This document shows positions 33,269 through 43,561 of a stretch of 64,000 nt of DNA, one piece after another (the first letter of the stretch is position 1; every line of letters starts with the position of its first letter). Location: contig JABIYR010000158.1 of the NCBI GenBank assembly GCA_018702695.1, positions 2,541-66,540 of the forward strand, written 5' to 3'. The position numbers were made by a program, and so were the translations under genes. The stretch comes from Nitrospina sp. GTDB taxonomy: Bacteria > Nitrospinota > Nitrospinia > Nitrospinales > VA-1. The notes beneath the pieces were generated by a model. It worked only from the letters and a program-made list of their open reading frames with translations. It searched no databases and was not told where the DNA came from.

Positions 33269-34687
33269 TTAAAGGATATAACGACTCAGGTCTTCGTCTT
33301 GAATAATGTCTTTCAATTTGTCTTTAATATAGTTCGCATCAATGGTGATATTTCTATCTTCCAGATCGGGTGCATTGAAGGAGATGTCTTCGAGAAATTT
33401 TTCCATAATGGTATGCAGTCGTCGGGCCCCGATGTTTTCCATCCGCTGATTGACCAGAGCCGACATTTCTGCAATTTGCTCAATCGCATCTTCTTTAAAC
33501 GATATATCCACCTGCTCTGTTTTCAGCAGGGCCGTATATTGTTTGACTAGGGCATTATCGGGTTCTGTCAAAATACGGACAAAATCTTTCTTGGTCAGAG
33601 AGTCGAGTTCCACCCGAATCGGGAAACGCCCCTGAAACTCCGGAATCAGATCAGAAGGCTTGGCTGAGTGAAACGCCCCCGCTGCAATGAACAAGATATG
33701 GTCGGTTTTCACTATCCCATGTTTGGTGTTGACGGATGAGCCTTCTACAATCGGTAGAAGGTCACGCTGAACTCCCTCACGAGAAACATCCGGTCCGCTG
33801 GTTCCACCTGACTGGCGACCGATGATTTTATCTACCTCATCGATGAAGATGATGCCATTTTGCTCAACCCGTTTAAGAGTTTCCTGCATGATTATGTCTT
33901 GATCGAGTAATTTCTCAGCCTCTTCTTTGCAAAGAACCTTGAAGGCATCGGGCACTTTCAATTTTTTGTTCTTGGTTTTTTGCGGCATGATGGAGCCGAG
34001 CATATCTTTGATGTTATTGCCCATATCTTCCATGCCATTACCCGCGCCCGCGCCGAGATCTATAATGGAGGGCATCTTTTCTTGTATCTGAATTTCCACA
34101 TCGCGTTCATCGAGCTTGCCTTCTTTCAACATCTGGGAAAATTTTTCGCGTGTTTGCTGGTAATGCAACTTGCCATTGGCGTCCAGATGCGTATCGGCTT
34201 TTCCCTGCATACCCGGTGGCGGAGGAAGAAGTAGATCGAGAATTCGTTCTTTTGCCATTTCACGGGCTTGCACGCGAATGGATGCTTCCATTTCTTCTTT
34301 AACCATGTTTTTGGACAGTTCCACCAAGTCACGAATCATCGACTCGACATCGCGCCCGACATAACCCACTTCGGTATACTTTGAAGCCTCAACTTTGATG
34401 AAAGGCGACTTCGAGAGTTTTGCCAGCCGACGTGCTATCTCTGTTTTACCCACGCCAGTGGGGCCGATCATGAGAATATTTTTGGGGCCGACTTCATCGC
34501 GAAGTGAATCGGGGAGCTGTTGTCGTCGCCAGCGGTTACGCAAGGCAATGCCGACGGCTCGTTTGGCGTTGGTTTGTCCCACTATATACTTGTCCAGTTC
34601 CTCGACAATCTGTTTGGGAGTCAAGGATGCCATGAAGGCGTCACTCGATACGGTTGTATCGGGCAAGGGTAATGTTGTTTCGTTCAT
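33269..34687 (-). CDS. hslU: ATP-dependent protease ATPase subunit HslU
   Basis: 472 aa with Walker [16 protein letters not shown], an I-domain insertion and conserved IFIDEVDKI. Confidence 0.97.
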   Translation of the reverse strand: MNETTLPLPDTTVSSDAFMASLTPKQIVEELDKYIVGQTNAKRAVGIALRNRWRRQQLPDSLRDEVGPKNILMIGPTGVGKTEIARRLAKLSKSPFIKVEASKYTEVGYVGRDVESMIRDLVELSKNMVKEEMEASIRVQAREMAKERILDLLLPPPPGMQGKADTHLDANGKLHYQQTREKFSQMLKEGKLDERDVEIQIQEKMPSIIDLGAGAGNGMEDMGNNIKDMLGSIMPQKTKNKKLKVPDAFKVLCKEEAEKLLDQDIIMQETLKRVEQNGIIFIDEVDKIIGRQSGGTSGPDVSREGVQRDLLPIVEGSSVNTKHGIVKTDHILFIAAGAFHSAKPSDLIPEFQGRFPIRVELDSLTKKDFVRILTEPDNALVKQYTALLKTEQVDISFKEDAIEQIAEMSALVNQRMENIGARRLHTIMEKFLEDISFNAPDLEDRNITIDANYIKDKLKDIIQDEDLSRYIL

Positions 34688-34690
34688 GAA

Positions 34691-35218
34691 CTACAATTCC
34701 TCAATCGTTACATTAGAGTTGGTATAAATACAGATCGACTCGGTGATTCTCATGGCTTCTTCCACGATTTCCCGAGCTGAAAGACTGCTATGTTTGACCA
34801 ATGCTTTAGCGGCGGCGGTTGCAAACATGCCTCCTGAACCGATAGCTAAAACACCGTCGTCGGCTTCGATCACATCTCCCGTTCCTGAAAGCAGGAGTGA
34901 ATGGTCTTTATCGACGACAATCAGCATGGCTTCCAGCCGTCTGAGCATTTTGTCCGTACGCCAGTCTTTAGCCAGTTCAACGGCTGAGCGGGGTAGGTTG
35001 CCTTGGAATTTTTCCAGCTTTTCTTCAAACCGGGCAAATAAAGAAAATGCATCGGCAGTGGACCCGGCAAAGCCTCCGACTATTTTATCGTGATACATGC
35101 GCCGGACTTTACTGGCGGAATGTTTCATAATGGTACTGCCTAAACTAACTTGCCCATCACCGCCTATGGCAACTTGGCCGTTGTGTCTTACTGCGAGTAT
35201 TGTGGTTGCGTGCATCAT
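34691..35218 (-). CDS. hslV: ATP-dependent protease subunit HslV
   Basis: 175 aa with the N-terminal Thr nucleophile context ([12 protein letters not shown]). 3-nt gap to hslU. Confidence 0.96.
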   Translation of the reverse strand: MMHATTILAVRHNGQVAIGGDGQVSLGSTIMKHSASKVRRMYHDKIVGGFAGSTADAFSLFARFEEKLEKFQGNLPRSAVELAKDWRTDKMLRRLEAMLIVVDKDHSLLLSGTGDVIEADDGVLAIGSGGMFATAAAKALVKHSSLSAREIVEEAMRITESICIYTNSNVTIEEL

Positions 35219-35266
35219 ATCGAATATTGTACTGGTATCAGTAGTAAAAAGGAAACCCGATTAATA

Positions 35267-36190
35267 TTAATCCGTCGCGGGTTTTGCTTGAGCGCGAGGA
35301 TGGGCCTTGTCATAGGTTTCGGATAAATGATCAAGGGTTAAATGTGTGTATTTCTGGGTTGTGGACAGACTGGAATGTCCCAACAGTTCTTGGATAGATC
35401 GCAAGTCGGCCCCGCCGTCCAAAAGGTGGGTGGCAAAGGAGTGGCGGATGGAATGTGGTGAAACTCCACCAGGGAAATTCCCTTGTTTGATGTATTTTTC
35501 CACCACTTTACGCACTCCTCGTACGGTGATTGCGGTTCCCCGATAATTCAGGAAGAGTTTTTTTGTACCGGGGGCCATCTCTTTTTCCCTGCGGAGGGTG
35601 AGGTAGCTTTGCAGAGCTTCGACACAATGACGGCCCATGGGTAACAAGCGTTCCTTGCCTCCTTTTCCCAGTACTTTGACCATGCGGGAGTCGGGGTGAA
35701 TGTCTTCGATGCTCAGCCCAACCAGTTCGCTGATGCGCAAGCCACAACTGTAAAACAGCTCCAGCAAAAATCTATCGCGCGTAGGCAGAAATTCTTTGCC
35801 CTGCGGCAACTCTAAAAGTCGAAACATATCATCGACGGAAAAATAGGCAGGGAGCTTGTTTTGTATTCGCGGTGCGGGCACGGTTCTGGCGATATTATTC
35901 TTTAGAGTTCCCTCTCGACATAAGAAACGAAAAAATGAGCTCAATGTTGACAGTTTGCGCCGCATGGAAACACCAGAAATTTTCTTCTCGTAGAGATAGC
36001 CCATGAATGAGCGGATCACCAAACGGTCTATTTTTTCAAGCTGAATGGTATCGTTATGCATGGCATGACCTGAGTATCGCAAGAATTCCTGGAATTGAGC
36101 GATATCATTGAGATAACCTTCCAACGTATGAGGAGAGGCATTTTTCTCCACCAGCAGGTAATTCTTGAACTCCTGTATGGCGTTTTCCAT
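35267..36190 (-). CDS. xerC: tyrosine recombinase XerC/XerD family
   Basis: 307 aa with catalytic R...HxxR...Y (HSIRHSFATHLL, GHSSLSTTQKYTH). The xerC-hslV-hslU synteny is typical of the chromosomal dimer-resolution recombinase. Confidence 0.85.
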   Translation of the reverse strand: MENAIQEFKNYLLVEKNASPHTLEGYLNDIAQFQEFLRYSGHAMHNDTIQLEKIDRLVIRSFMGYLYEKKISGVSMRRKLSTLSSFFRFLCREGTLKNNIARTVPAPRIQNKLPAYFSVDDMFRLLELPQGKEFLPTRDRFLLELFYSCGLRISELVGLSIEDIHPDSRMVKVLGKGGKERLLPMGRHCVEALQSYLTLRREKEMAPGTKKLFLNYRGTAITVRGVRKVVEKYIKQGNFPGGVSPHSIRHSFATHLLDGGADLRSIQELLGHSSLSTTQKYTHLTLDHLSETYDKAHPRAQAKPATD

Positions 36191-36379
36191 TCATTAACCC
36201 TTTATTTATCAATGCTGTCAAAATACCCGACCATTTAGGGGAAGTCAAGACGTGTAAACTTATGTTTAGCATTTGAAACTGTCATGGATTACGTTCATAA
36301 TTAACCCATTACCTACTTTGTTAATCGATTGCCTGAGAACAGGTCGCTAAAAATACGCGAGCCAATGGGATGGAGTTAT

Positions 36380-36940
36380 ATGTCAAGCAACTCAGAGTTT
36401 GAAAAAGAACGTCAGCAAGCGGGGCAAGGGTTCAAAACGGTATCTGATATTCGCCAAAGGTTGGATATTCTTGCCGAACATGTAGAGTCTCGCAAAGAAG
36501 CGTTGGAAGAGGAGATTCAAGAGCATCTTCATGAATCGTTGGCCAATGCGCGAGATTCTATGGAGAGAATAGAAGAAAATATTGCGCCCAAAGTAGAAAA
36601 AGCCATTCGCACCAAGTTGGGGGAAATTGATCGTAAGTTGGCCCTGATGCAGGAAGATGGGCTTGAAGCGGTGCGGGAAGAATTGAAAAAAGCGACGCCT
36701 CACATGACCGAAAAAATAATGGCAGAGCTCGATCAGGTGGTGGCCGAAAATATACGTTTTACAAAAATGGAAATTTTAGGTGAGGTCAAAGGGGAACTCA
36801 AGAAGTCGGTGGAGTCTGCATTAGAACCGATTCAGGAAAAACTGGACAAAGGTTTATCAGGAATGAAAGCGCTTGCAATCACGGCGCTGATTTTGTCTGG
36901 ATTGGCGTTACTGGGAGTGATTGCGTTGGCTACTCAGTGA
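36380..36940 (+). CDS. tail-anchored coiled-coil protein (apolipoprotein/phasin-like helical repeats)
   Basis: The tracked ORF begins at 36329. I prefer ATG 36380, preceded by GGAG 4 nt upstream. About 160 aa of charged amphipathic helix is followed by one C-terminal TM helix (ALAITALILSGLALLGVIALATQ). Confidence 0.55.
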   Translation: MSSNSEFEKERQQAGQGFKTVSDIRQRLDILAEHVESRKEALEEEIQEHLHESLANARDSMERIEENIAPKVEKAIRTKLGEIDRKLALMQEDGLEAVREELKKATPHMTEKIMAELDQVVAENIRFTKMEILGEVKGELKKSVESALEPIQEKLDKGLSGMKALAITALILSGLALLGVIALATQ

Positions 36941-37100
36941 TCAGCCAGAAGAGAAAAAAGAAAAGAAAGCATGAAATCACCACCTGCCAGACAAAAGAAA
37001 AGCCCGGGCCGGTAAATAGGATTAAAACTGTGCAGACGCAGAGAATGACAAAGGCTAAGATATGGCGTGTGCGCTTGCTTAAGACGGGTTCTGGTTCCAT
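36930..37100 (-). CDS. unannotated 56-aa two-TM small membrane protein (below ORF-track cutoff)
   Basis: My own translation reads MEPEPVLSKRTRHILAFVILCVCTVLILFTGPGFSFVWQVVISCFLFFFLFWLITE. A basic patch precedes TM1 (positive-inside). It starts 24 nt after the stop of the 37125..37631 gene. No clear SD. Confidence 0.35.
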   Translation of the reverse strand: MEPEPVLSKRTRHILAFVILCVCTVLILFTGPGFSFVWQVVISCFLFFFLFWLITE

Positions 37101-37124
37101 AGCTGATAGAAGAAGATTAAGTTT

Positions 37125-37631
37125 TTAACCCGGTTGTTTTTGCAGAAGCATTTTCTTGATATCTTCAAAAGCCAAAATTTCTTCTGCTTCCATTAAGAGG
37201 TCATCTACCGAAAAACTGGTATCGCTTGGCGTGTCTTCGTTTTTCTGAGAGTCTGAATTCACTTCCAAGCCGGGAGAAGACTCTAGATAATTTTTAATTT
37301 GATCGTGGCTGAATGTGTCTGCGATACCTTTAGCGAAATCGGCAACCAGAGCTTCCAGATGTTTGACCTGCTCCAAAGGGCCTCTGTAATGTTCCTGCAC
37401 GGTTAAAGCATAGCTCATTTTCAACGAGCGCCCTCCTTGATTGAGAGGGTGGTCTTCAGACATTTGATTGCTGGTATATAGAAATTGAAGTTTTCGTCGA
37501 GCGTCTTTAAGCTGTTTGAAATGCGCCCCGAATCGTTCGCCAATTAAATAGGAAAGAGCCGTATGAATGCCTTCGCGCTCACCAATTTGCGACGCTTCTT
37601 TGCAATACCCCTGAACTTGTGCGAATTCCAT
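37125..37631 (-). CDS. hypothetical protein
   Basis: 168-aa ORF with an acidic C-terminal third. No motif recognised. Confidence 0.5.
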   Translation of the reverse strand: MEFAQVQGYCKEASQIGEREGIHTALSYLIGERFGAHFKQLKDARRKLQFLYTSNQMSEDHPLNQGGRSLKMSYALTVQEHYRGPLEQVKHLEALVADFAKGIADTFSHDQIKNYLESSPGLEVNSDSQKNEDTPSDTSFSVDDLLMEAEEILAFEDIKKMLLQKQPG

Positions 37632-37751
37632 AAAATGATTTTCAATAAAAATATTAACAATGAGACTTGATGCTTGTCTCTATTATTCTTGTAATGACAG
37701 CAGAAGTAAACCCCTTAATGTCATGACGTTCAGTTTTAACTTCTGAGGTTG

Positions 37752-38342
37752 TTAAGTTATTTTTGGGTTGTACCATTTCGCGCAAAGGTAAGCCAAGAAG
37801 CGGGTGGCAGAATGGAACAAGGCTTCACTCCCCTTTATAGGCTGTACATAGATGAAAAGCATTCCCGCATCGATGGCTCCCCCATCTGTCACATAATTGT
37901 CTCCAACCATGCATACTTTGGCGGGGTCTTGCAATTGCAAGAACTCGGTCATGGCAACCTGAAACCCTGTCCGGTCGGGTTTGGCGGGAACCTTGCTGAC
38001 AATTTTCACTCCCAATGTTTCAAATGCTTGAAAGCGATCTTCCCAGGCATTGGTGTAAATGGCAATTTTAAGCCCGCTTTCAAGCATGGATCGAACATGG
38101 TTGACCACAGAAGGGTTGAATTCTCTGGCATGGTGTGGGCCAAGCGTGCCATCGGCATCGAGAAGAACTCCTTCAATGCCCTTGGCGAGCAGACTTTCTA
38201 TGGGAATATCTTCAAACTTTTGGACAGATAAAAACGTTTTCAACCGCAATGGGCTAAAAGGCAGAGCAAGGAATCGGGATATCTTTGCCCAAGTGAAGCC
38301 TTCGCGCTCAGGAGGCGGAGAATCTCGATGGGTCGTTGCCAT
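37752..38342 (-). CDS. HAD-superfamily phosphatase (YqeG-like, subfamily IIIA)
   Basis: 196 aa. Motif I is VLLDADGTL (DxDxT), motif II is IYTN, and motif IV is MVGDNYVTDGGAIDAG. Confidence 0.8.
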   Translation of the reverse strand: MATTHRDSPPPEREGFTWAKISRFLALPFSPLRLKTFLSVQKFEDIPIESLLAKGIEGVLLDADGTLGPHHAREFNPSVVNHVRSMLESGLKIAIYTNAWEDRFQAFETLGVKIVSKVPAKPDRTGFQVAMTEFLQLQDPAKVCMVGDNYVTDGGAIDAGMLFIYVQPIKGSEALFHSATRFLAYLCAKWYNPKIT

Positions 38343-38493
38343 AAAATTAATAGTCTGGAAGTTGATCGGTTGTGAGGTGCCTTTTCATCTTCTTAAAAGT
38401 TCAGGTTAGCAGAATACCATGGCAACTGGGTCATAACGGGTAAAATTGTTGCCTGTATTTTATCTTCAATTTGGTGGAGTGAGTAATTACTCT

Positions 38494-38910
38494 TCAGGGA
38501 ACCAGAGAGAACTCCGGCGTGGCATCGAGGATGAACTTAAGTAAATCGTGGCGAGTGATAATTCCGACAAGCTTTCCTTGGTCGGTAATGGGTAAACGAA
38601 GGATCTGGTTATCAATGAAAGATTTTACTACTGAGAGCATATAGCAGTTTTGATCGGCGGTGATAACATCTCGTGTCATGAACTCACTGGCGAAGGTGGA
38701 GCTGAGGCTTTTCCCCTGTAACAACAGCTGCATTATATCTTTTTCCGATACAATACCGAGGACAATATTCTCTTCACATATGGGCATGCCAGAAAAACCA
38801 CTGCTATTCAGTTTTTCTAGAATATCACGTGCAGAAGTGTCAGCACTCGAGCAGACAACGGGCTGGGTCATGACTGTTGAAACTTTTATAGCTTTAAGTT
38901 TTTCAAACAT
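38494..38910 (-). CDS. CBS-domain pair protein
   Basis: 138 aa comprising two CBS repeats (VMTQPVVCS...GIVSEKDIM; FMTRDVITA...GIITRHDLL). Confidence 0.85.
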   Translation of the reverse strand: MFEKLKAIKVSTVMTQPVVCSSADTSARDILEKLNSSGFSGMPICEENIVLGIVSEKDIMQLLLQGKSLSSTFASEFMTRDVITADQNCYMLSVVKSFIDNQILRLPITDQGKLVGIITRHDLLKFILDATPEFSLVP

Positions 38911-39059
38911 GTGTGACCCCCTCCATATTTATGTAGATAGATCGCTACCATTATATAGTAAAATCGGAATGGCGATGGTAGTTATTGGGGCAGAATAATT
39001 TTAAGAGGGTTTTCTGTGTTTAGCCTGAGGGGAACTTTGTTGTGACAAAAATAAGGTTA

Positions 39060-39917
39060 CTAAAGCACTGATTCCGCCGCAAGAAGGCCAATTTGAGTCC
39101 AATCGACCAATTCATCCATCTCTTCTCGGGTCATATTCAGAGCTTCCAAATAGCTTTCATCGGAGTTGGATTTTTCACGAGTTTCTATCGAGTGACCCAA
39201 ACCATACTCATTGGCGATTTGATTTGCAGTGCAGACCAGACGCATCAGGTTTGGGGGTTGGTTTTTAGTCAGGCCGGATTCAATATGAGCGGCTGTGGCT
39301 TCGACGACTTTTTGCGAAACCGGCCACCATTCTTTCAGGTAAGCCGCTCCCAATTCAGAGTGGCCCATTCCAAAAAAGTTTTTTTCCAATGTTTCTAAAG
39401 ACTGGTCGGAAGCATGAAAATCTGTGTGAGAGAGAAACTGATTGTACTGCTCGGGGATGAGATAATCGTAGACTAACAAACCGATATCATGCACCAAACC
39501 GGCTAGGTAGCACGAGTTCAGCTCTTCTGGGTCGGTCAAGACTTTCTTCCCCAGTTCACGAGATAGAATGGCAACGGCCAGCCCGTGTTTCCAATATTGA
39601 GTCTGACCCAATGTCTGTGGAACATTGATACAACCGGGTAGCTCGACCGTATAACACAATTCTAAAACAGCTCCGACTCCTAACCGAACAATGGCATCTT
39701 CAATATTTTCCGCCAAATCGCGTCCTCCGCCGAACAGGGCGCTATTGGCCATGCCAATGATTCGAGATGATAAAACAGGTTCAGAGGAAATGAGCCGCCG
39801 AACGTCTTCGACATCACAGTCGGGGTCTCCCATTAACTTCTGCAATGCGATGAGCACATCGGGAAGGGGAGGCAGGTAACCACTCGCTTTTAATTTTTCT
39901 AAGATTAGATCTTTCAA
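39060..39917 (-). CDS. HDOD-domain signalling protein
   Basis: 285 aa with LPPLPDVLIALQKLMGDPDCDVEDVRRLISSEPVLSSRIIGMANSALFG and a downstream HD-like GLVHDIGLL. This is typical of HDOD. Confidence 0.85.
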   Translation of the reverse strand: MKDLILEKLKASGYLPPLPDVLIALQKLMGDPDCDVEDVRRLISSEPVLSSRIIGMANSALFGGGRDLAENIEDAIVRLGVGAVLELCYTVELPGCINVPQTLGQTQYWKHGLAVAILSRELGKKVLTDPEELNSCYLAGLVHDIGLLVYDYLIPEQYNQFLSHTDFHASDQSLETLEKNFFGMGHSELGAAYLKEWWPVSQKVVEATAAHIESGLTKNQPPNLMRLVCTANQIANEYGLGHSIETREKSNSDESYLEALNMTREEMDELVDWTQIGLLAAESVL

Positions 39918-39987
39918 AGTAAAACCAGAAAATATAGATCAGACTAATAATGTAATCCGTCTTTCTTTATAAAGCTATGCTTAAATT

Positions 39988-40015
39988 GTAACCGGGCCAA
40001 TTTGCATTGGCCCGG
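39988..40015 (-). terminator. perfect 12-bp hairpin after the DUF2231-like gene
   Basis: AACCGGGCCAAT-ttgc-ATTGGCCCGGTT, 12 nt after the stop at 40028. On the minus strand it is followed by ACAATTTAAG (weak U tract). Confidence 0.5.
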
Positions 40016-40027
40016 TTAGCTTCGAAC

Positions 40028-40567
40028 CTAGTCATCATGATCTATATCACTGTCTTTATCGCTATCATTCTGCTTTATCGGGAGCTTCCCCGATGAGTAC
40101 ACTCTGGCTTGCTGATCTGCTGGCATGTGAGCGGTGGCGGCACCATATTGGTACACCAGCTCCCCACCAGTATGACCGGCATCCACTAATGGGATGAGGG
40201 CGACCAAACTCAATGCCGCCAACCCTAAGCGCAGGGAATGCGAATTTTTCTTGATCAACCCAGCGAAAGATACCAGAAATAGAGTTCCTGCCACCCAAGG
40301 AATCATTTCTGCCGCTTCTTCGTGCTCCTCGATCACTCTTTCGGATACAATTTCTTCGACTTTGTCCTCGTCTTTTTCGCCCAGTTCCATCGCAATGAGC
40401 GAAGTTGCCCCATAAGCAAGAGCCATGATTGCTACCAGTACCCAAACCCTTTGTTGTAGGTAGCCCTTTTTGATGGTCGCCCAGAGTATGAATGCCAAAA
40501 CAGGAAGCAACGTCCCCAAAACAATCGGAAAATGAACTACAACGGGATGCAACGGTAAATCAAACAT
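40028..40567 (-). CDS. DUF2231-like membrane protein with acidic C-terminal tail
   Basis: 179 aa. N-terminal LHPVVVHFPIVLG signature, four TM helices, and a tail of DSDKDSDIDHDD. Confidence 0.6.
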   Translation of the reverse strand: MFDLPLHPVVVHFPIVLGTLLPVLAFILWATIKKGYLQQRVWVLVAIMALAYGATSLIAMELGEKDEDKVEEIVSERVIEEHEEAAEMIPWVAGTLFLVSFAGLIKKNSHSLRLGLAALSLVALIPLVDAGHTGGELVYQYGAATAHMPADQQARVYSSGKLPIKQNDSDKDSDIDHDD

Positions 40568-40682
40568 GATAATCTCCTGAGCAATGAGTATTGTCCTAAC
40601 TTGTTATTAGCTTTGGCCAAAAAGCAGGAAACATCCATCCGTACAATGGAGTATGTAGAATTGTTAATTAAATCAATGTTTT

Positions 40683-41219
40683 ATGGGAGGCGTAGGGCAA
40701 ATGGAGGATGACCGTGAGACCTCGCCTTTGCTTCTCGCATTATCGGGAACGTTTGTGGTTTTGGTGGGGCTTGATCTTGTCAGCGATTATTTGGAAGGAG
40801 GCACGGGAGCTCACCTGACTTTGGAGGCGATTCTGCTGGCGATCAGCGGGTTAGTTTTTGGGCGAGGTATCCAGCAATTGCGTCAAGCCCGGCAGAAAAT
40901 TCAATCACTCAAAAACGATGTAGAACAGCTGAGTGAAGAAAAGGAAAAATGGCAAGGCGAGACGCATCAACTCCTCGCGGGTTTGTCGGTCAAAATAGAA
41001 AATCAGTTTGCGTATTGGCAATTGACCCCGGCTGAAACAGAGGTGGGTTTTCTTCTTCTGAAAGGGTTTTCGCTGAAAGAAATCGCTGGTATCCGCAATA
41101 CAAAGCTCAAAACGGTGCAACAGCAGTCGCAATCGATCTATCAAAAAACTGGCCTAGCCAGCCGTTCTGAGCTGGCGGCTTTTTTCCTTGAAGATTTATT
41201 GCCTCCGTGTGCTGACTAG
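40683..41219 (+). CDS. membrane-anchored LuxR/GerE-type HTH regulator without receiver domain
   Basis: 178 aa. Two N-terminal TM helices and a coiled coil precede the LuxR_C HTH (LTPAETEVGFLLLKGFSLKEIAGIRNTKLKTVQQQSQSIYQKTGLASRSELAAFF). Confidence 0.75.
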   Translation: MGGVGQMEDDRETSPLLLALSGTFVVLVGLDLVSDYLEGGTGAHLTLEAILLAISGLVFGRGIQQLRQARQKIQSLKNDVEQLSEEKEKWQGETHQLLAGLSVKIENQFAYWQLTPAETEVGFLLLKGFSLKEIAGIRNTKLKTVQQQSQSIYQKTGLASRSELAAFFLEDLLPPCAD

Positions 41220-41223
41220 AAAA

Positions 41224-43560
41224 TTATTCTGTAGTAGAGCTCAAAGCTTCTGGGAAGTGGATGATGAAAGTGGCTCCTTCCCCCAGCTTGCTTTTTGTGG
41301 TGATGTTTCCTCCATATGTTTTTACAATTTTGTCGCATATTGCCAAGCCGATGCCAGTTCCTTCGTAGGCACTACGACCTTGTAACCGCTCAAACATACT
41401 GAATATTCGGTGGGCAAATTTTTGTTCAAAACCGATGCCGTTATCTTCTACTCTGATTTCCCACATCTTGTCACTTTGATTAAAAATGCTCGTGATATTG
41501 ATAATGGGAGGGCTGTCTTGTTTGTGAAACTTTAAGGCATTTGAAAGAAAATTTTGAAACAATTGTTGAGCTTGATGGAAATTAATATTGAGTGTTGGCA
41601 TCTCAGAAATATTGATTTGAGCTTTCGTGGCCGTTATCTGAGTGTCTAGATCGCTTGTGACCTGAGTTAAAACGTCTTTGAGGTTTAAGGGGTGCGTACT
41701 ATCTTTATCAATGGAAACCTTGGAATATTTTAAGAGGTCGTCAATAAAATTTGCCATTCTTAACGACGCTTTTTGCATTCGATCCAGATAATTTTTTGAA
41801 CGTTCGCTGATATGGTGTTCTGTATCGATTAAAAGGTCGCCGAAGGTGATGATCTTTCTTAAAGGTTCTTTCAAATCATGCGAGGCGATGGCGGCAAAAT
41901 TTTGCAGCTCCTGATTACTTTGTTTTAGTTCCTCGGTATATTGATTTAAAGCTTTTTCCTGATACTTGGATTCAATGGCAAAACCCGCTTTGTAGGCCAA
42001 GGCTTTTAAAAGTTTTAATTCTTCTTCATCAGGAGATCTTGTGGTTTTGTAATAAACGGCAAACGTTCCAAGTATTTGTTCCTTTGAACTATAAATCGGT
42101 TGCGACCAGCAAGCTTTCAAACCGGCACTTTCAGCGACATTTTTATGTTTTTTCCATAATGGGCTTGTTTCTATATCCTCTACGATGGTCAATTCATTGT
42201 TATACACTGCTGTGCCACAAGAGCCTGTATCAGGCCCGATGACCAACCCTTCTATGGCGGAATTATAAAAAGCCGGTAATGAGGGGGCCACGCCACTGAT
42301 AAAATATTTTCCGGCATTATCCAAGAGCAACACTGAGCAAAAAGAACCGGGGGCTTCGAACTCATAGAACAAGGTCAATTGTTTGAGAATGCCATTGAGG
42401 TTTTTTGATCGCGCTATCACCTCCATGGTTTTATTGCTGAACTCCAAATGACGTTGTCCCGTCAATAGAATATGTATGGCATCTGAGAGCCTTTCGATTT
42501 CATCCCCACCCTTGTTGATTTTTATATTTTCTTTTGAGCCCGATAAAATGATATCAACTAGATAATTGAGTCTGGCAACAATGCCACGACTACTCACCAG
42601 CCAAATCACTAGAGCGACGAATAAAATACTGACCCCCAGCACTGAGAAAACAATGAATGAGTTCTGTTCAACTTGACGGCTCAACTCATGTCGCTTCTTT
42701 TGAAAACTACTTAAAACAGCCTCTTGATAACTTGAAGTCAGGTGTTTCAATTCGTTATCTATGGTCCTTAATTCGTTGGAACTTGTTTCTATAAAAGAGC
42801 GCTTTTTAATAAGGTTTTCATGGGCAATTAAATACTTGCGGTAGTTATTTAAATACTCAGAGCTGATCGTATCCAATTTTCCCTTTGGCTCAGTGGATTT
42901 GCTTATTTGTTTTTCAAGAGTGGCGGTGATCAGCTCATCTTGAAACTTTGTTGCTGAGTCAATGCTTTTTGTTGTGTCTGTAGCACTGCTTAACGCTCTG
43001 TGGCGGTCTCCTTGGATCTCAGTCAACTTGATCAGCATTGCTTGCACAGTTCTAATTTTGTTCGCGGTTGAGGCGTTATGACTTTTCGCGTTAGCACTCC
43101 ACAGGTTTTGAAGGTGCTTGTTGTTCTGCTGAAAAAATGTATCCATTTCATTATAAAGCTCAAATATTTGAACTTTTAACTGTAGAGACAGGTCTAAACT
43201 ATTACCTAGGTCTTGAGCTAACTGAATAAATCGGATTTTATTTTTAAAATTGGGGTCTTGGGATAAGTGGTGGGTCAATTCTCGAAAAGCATTTAAATCT
43301 TTATTGACCTCCTGGTAGGCATTTTTCAGCTCTGTCTTGTTGGGAGCATAGAGCATGGTTGAACCTGAATTTAAAAGCCTATTTGTGGTTGCCACAAATT
43401 CGCTGGCCCGAATGACTTGCGGGAAATTTTTATCCAATAAATTTCTATTTGCACTCACATAATTATTAAACAGAATGCTTAACGAGACTCCCACTAAGAG
43501 GGTGGCACTGCCTAATACTCCAAAGGCGAAAAATAATTTTGAACGAATAGTTCGAAACAT
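41224..43560 (-). CDS. sensor histidine kinase (large extracytoplasmic helical domain, HAMP-like linker, GAF, HisKA, HATPase_c)
   Basis: 778 aa with TM helices at ~aa 10-32 and ~300-322. A GAF-like segment precedes the H-box ASHDLKEPLRKI. N, G1 and G2 boxes are present (EDNGIGF, GTGIGLAICDKIV). Confidence 0.88.
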   Translation of the reverse strand: MFRTIRSKLFFAFGVLGSATLLVGVSLSILFNNYVSANRNLLDKNFPQVIRASEFVATTNRLLNSGSTMLYAPNKTELKNAYQEVNKDLNAFRELTHHLSQDPNFKNKIRFIQLAQDLGNSLDLSLQLKVQIFELYNEMDTFFQQNNKHLQNLWSANAKSHNASTANKIRTVQAMLIKLTEIQGDRHRALSSATDTTKSIDSATKFQDELITATLEKQISKSTEPKGKLDTISSEYLNNYRKYLIAHENLIKKRSFIETSSNELRTIDNELKHLTSSYQEAVLSSFQKKRHELSRQVEQNSFIVFSVLGVSILFVALVIWLVSSRGIVARLNYLVDIILSGSKENIKINKGGDEIERLSDAIHILLTGQRHLEFSNKTMEVIARSKNLNGILKQLTLFYEFEAPGSFCSVLLLDNAGKYFISGVAPSLPAFYNSAIEGLVIGPDTGSCGTAVYNNELTIVEDIETSPLWKKHKNVAESAGLKACWSQPIYSSKEQILGTFAVYYKTTRSPDEEELKLLKALAYKAGFAIESKYQEKALNQYTEELKQSNQELQNFAAIASHDLKEPLRKIITFGDLLIDTEHHISERSKNYLDRMQKASLRMANFIDDLLKYSKVSIDKDSTHPLNLKDVLTQVTSDLDTQITATKAQINISEMPTLNINFHQAQQLFQNFLSNALKFHKQDSPPIINITSIFNQSDKMWEIRVEDNGIGFEQKFAHRIFSMFERLQGRSAYEGTGIGLAICDKIVKTYGGNITTKSKLGEGATFIIHFPEALSSTTE

Positions 43561-43561
43561 A

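Noticed and set aside
35267-36190. Tyrosine recombinase as an integrase marking a mobile element
   Set aside because: It sits in the conserved xerC-hslV-hslU arrangement and has XerC/D length and motifs. No att-like repeats or cargo genes are adjacent.
36937-37128. 63-aa highly basic plus-strand ORF (MISQKRKKKRKHE...)
   Set aside because: It arises from an A-rich tract and has no RBS. The complementary strand encodes a more plausible two-TM peptide.
37749-38231. 160-aa plus-strand ORF overlapping the HAD phosphatase gene
   Set aside because: The opposite strand carries intact HAD motifs (DxDxT, GDxxxD), so this is a shadow ORF. The same reasoning applies to 13757..14284, 13471..13884, 18066..18515, 50145..50555 and the other internal or antisense ORFs in the track.
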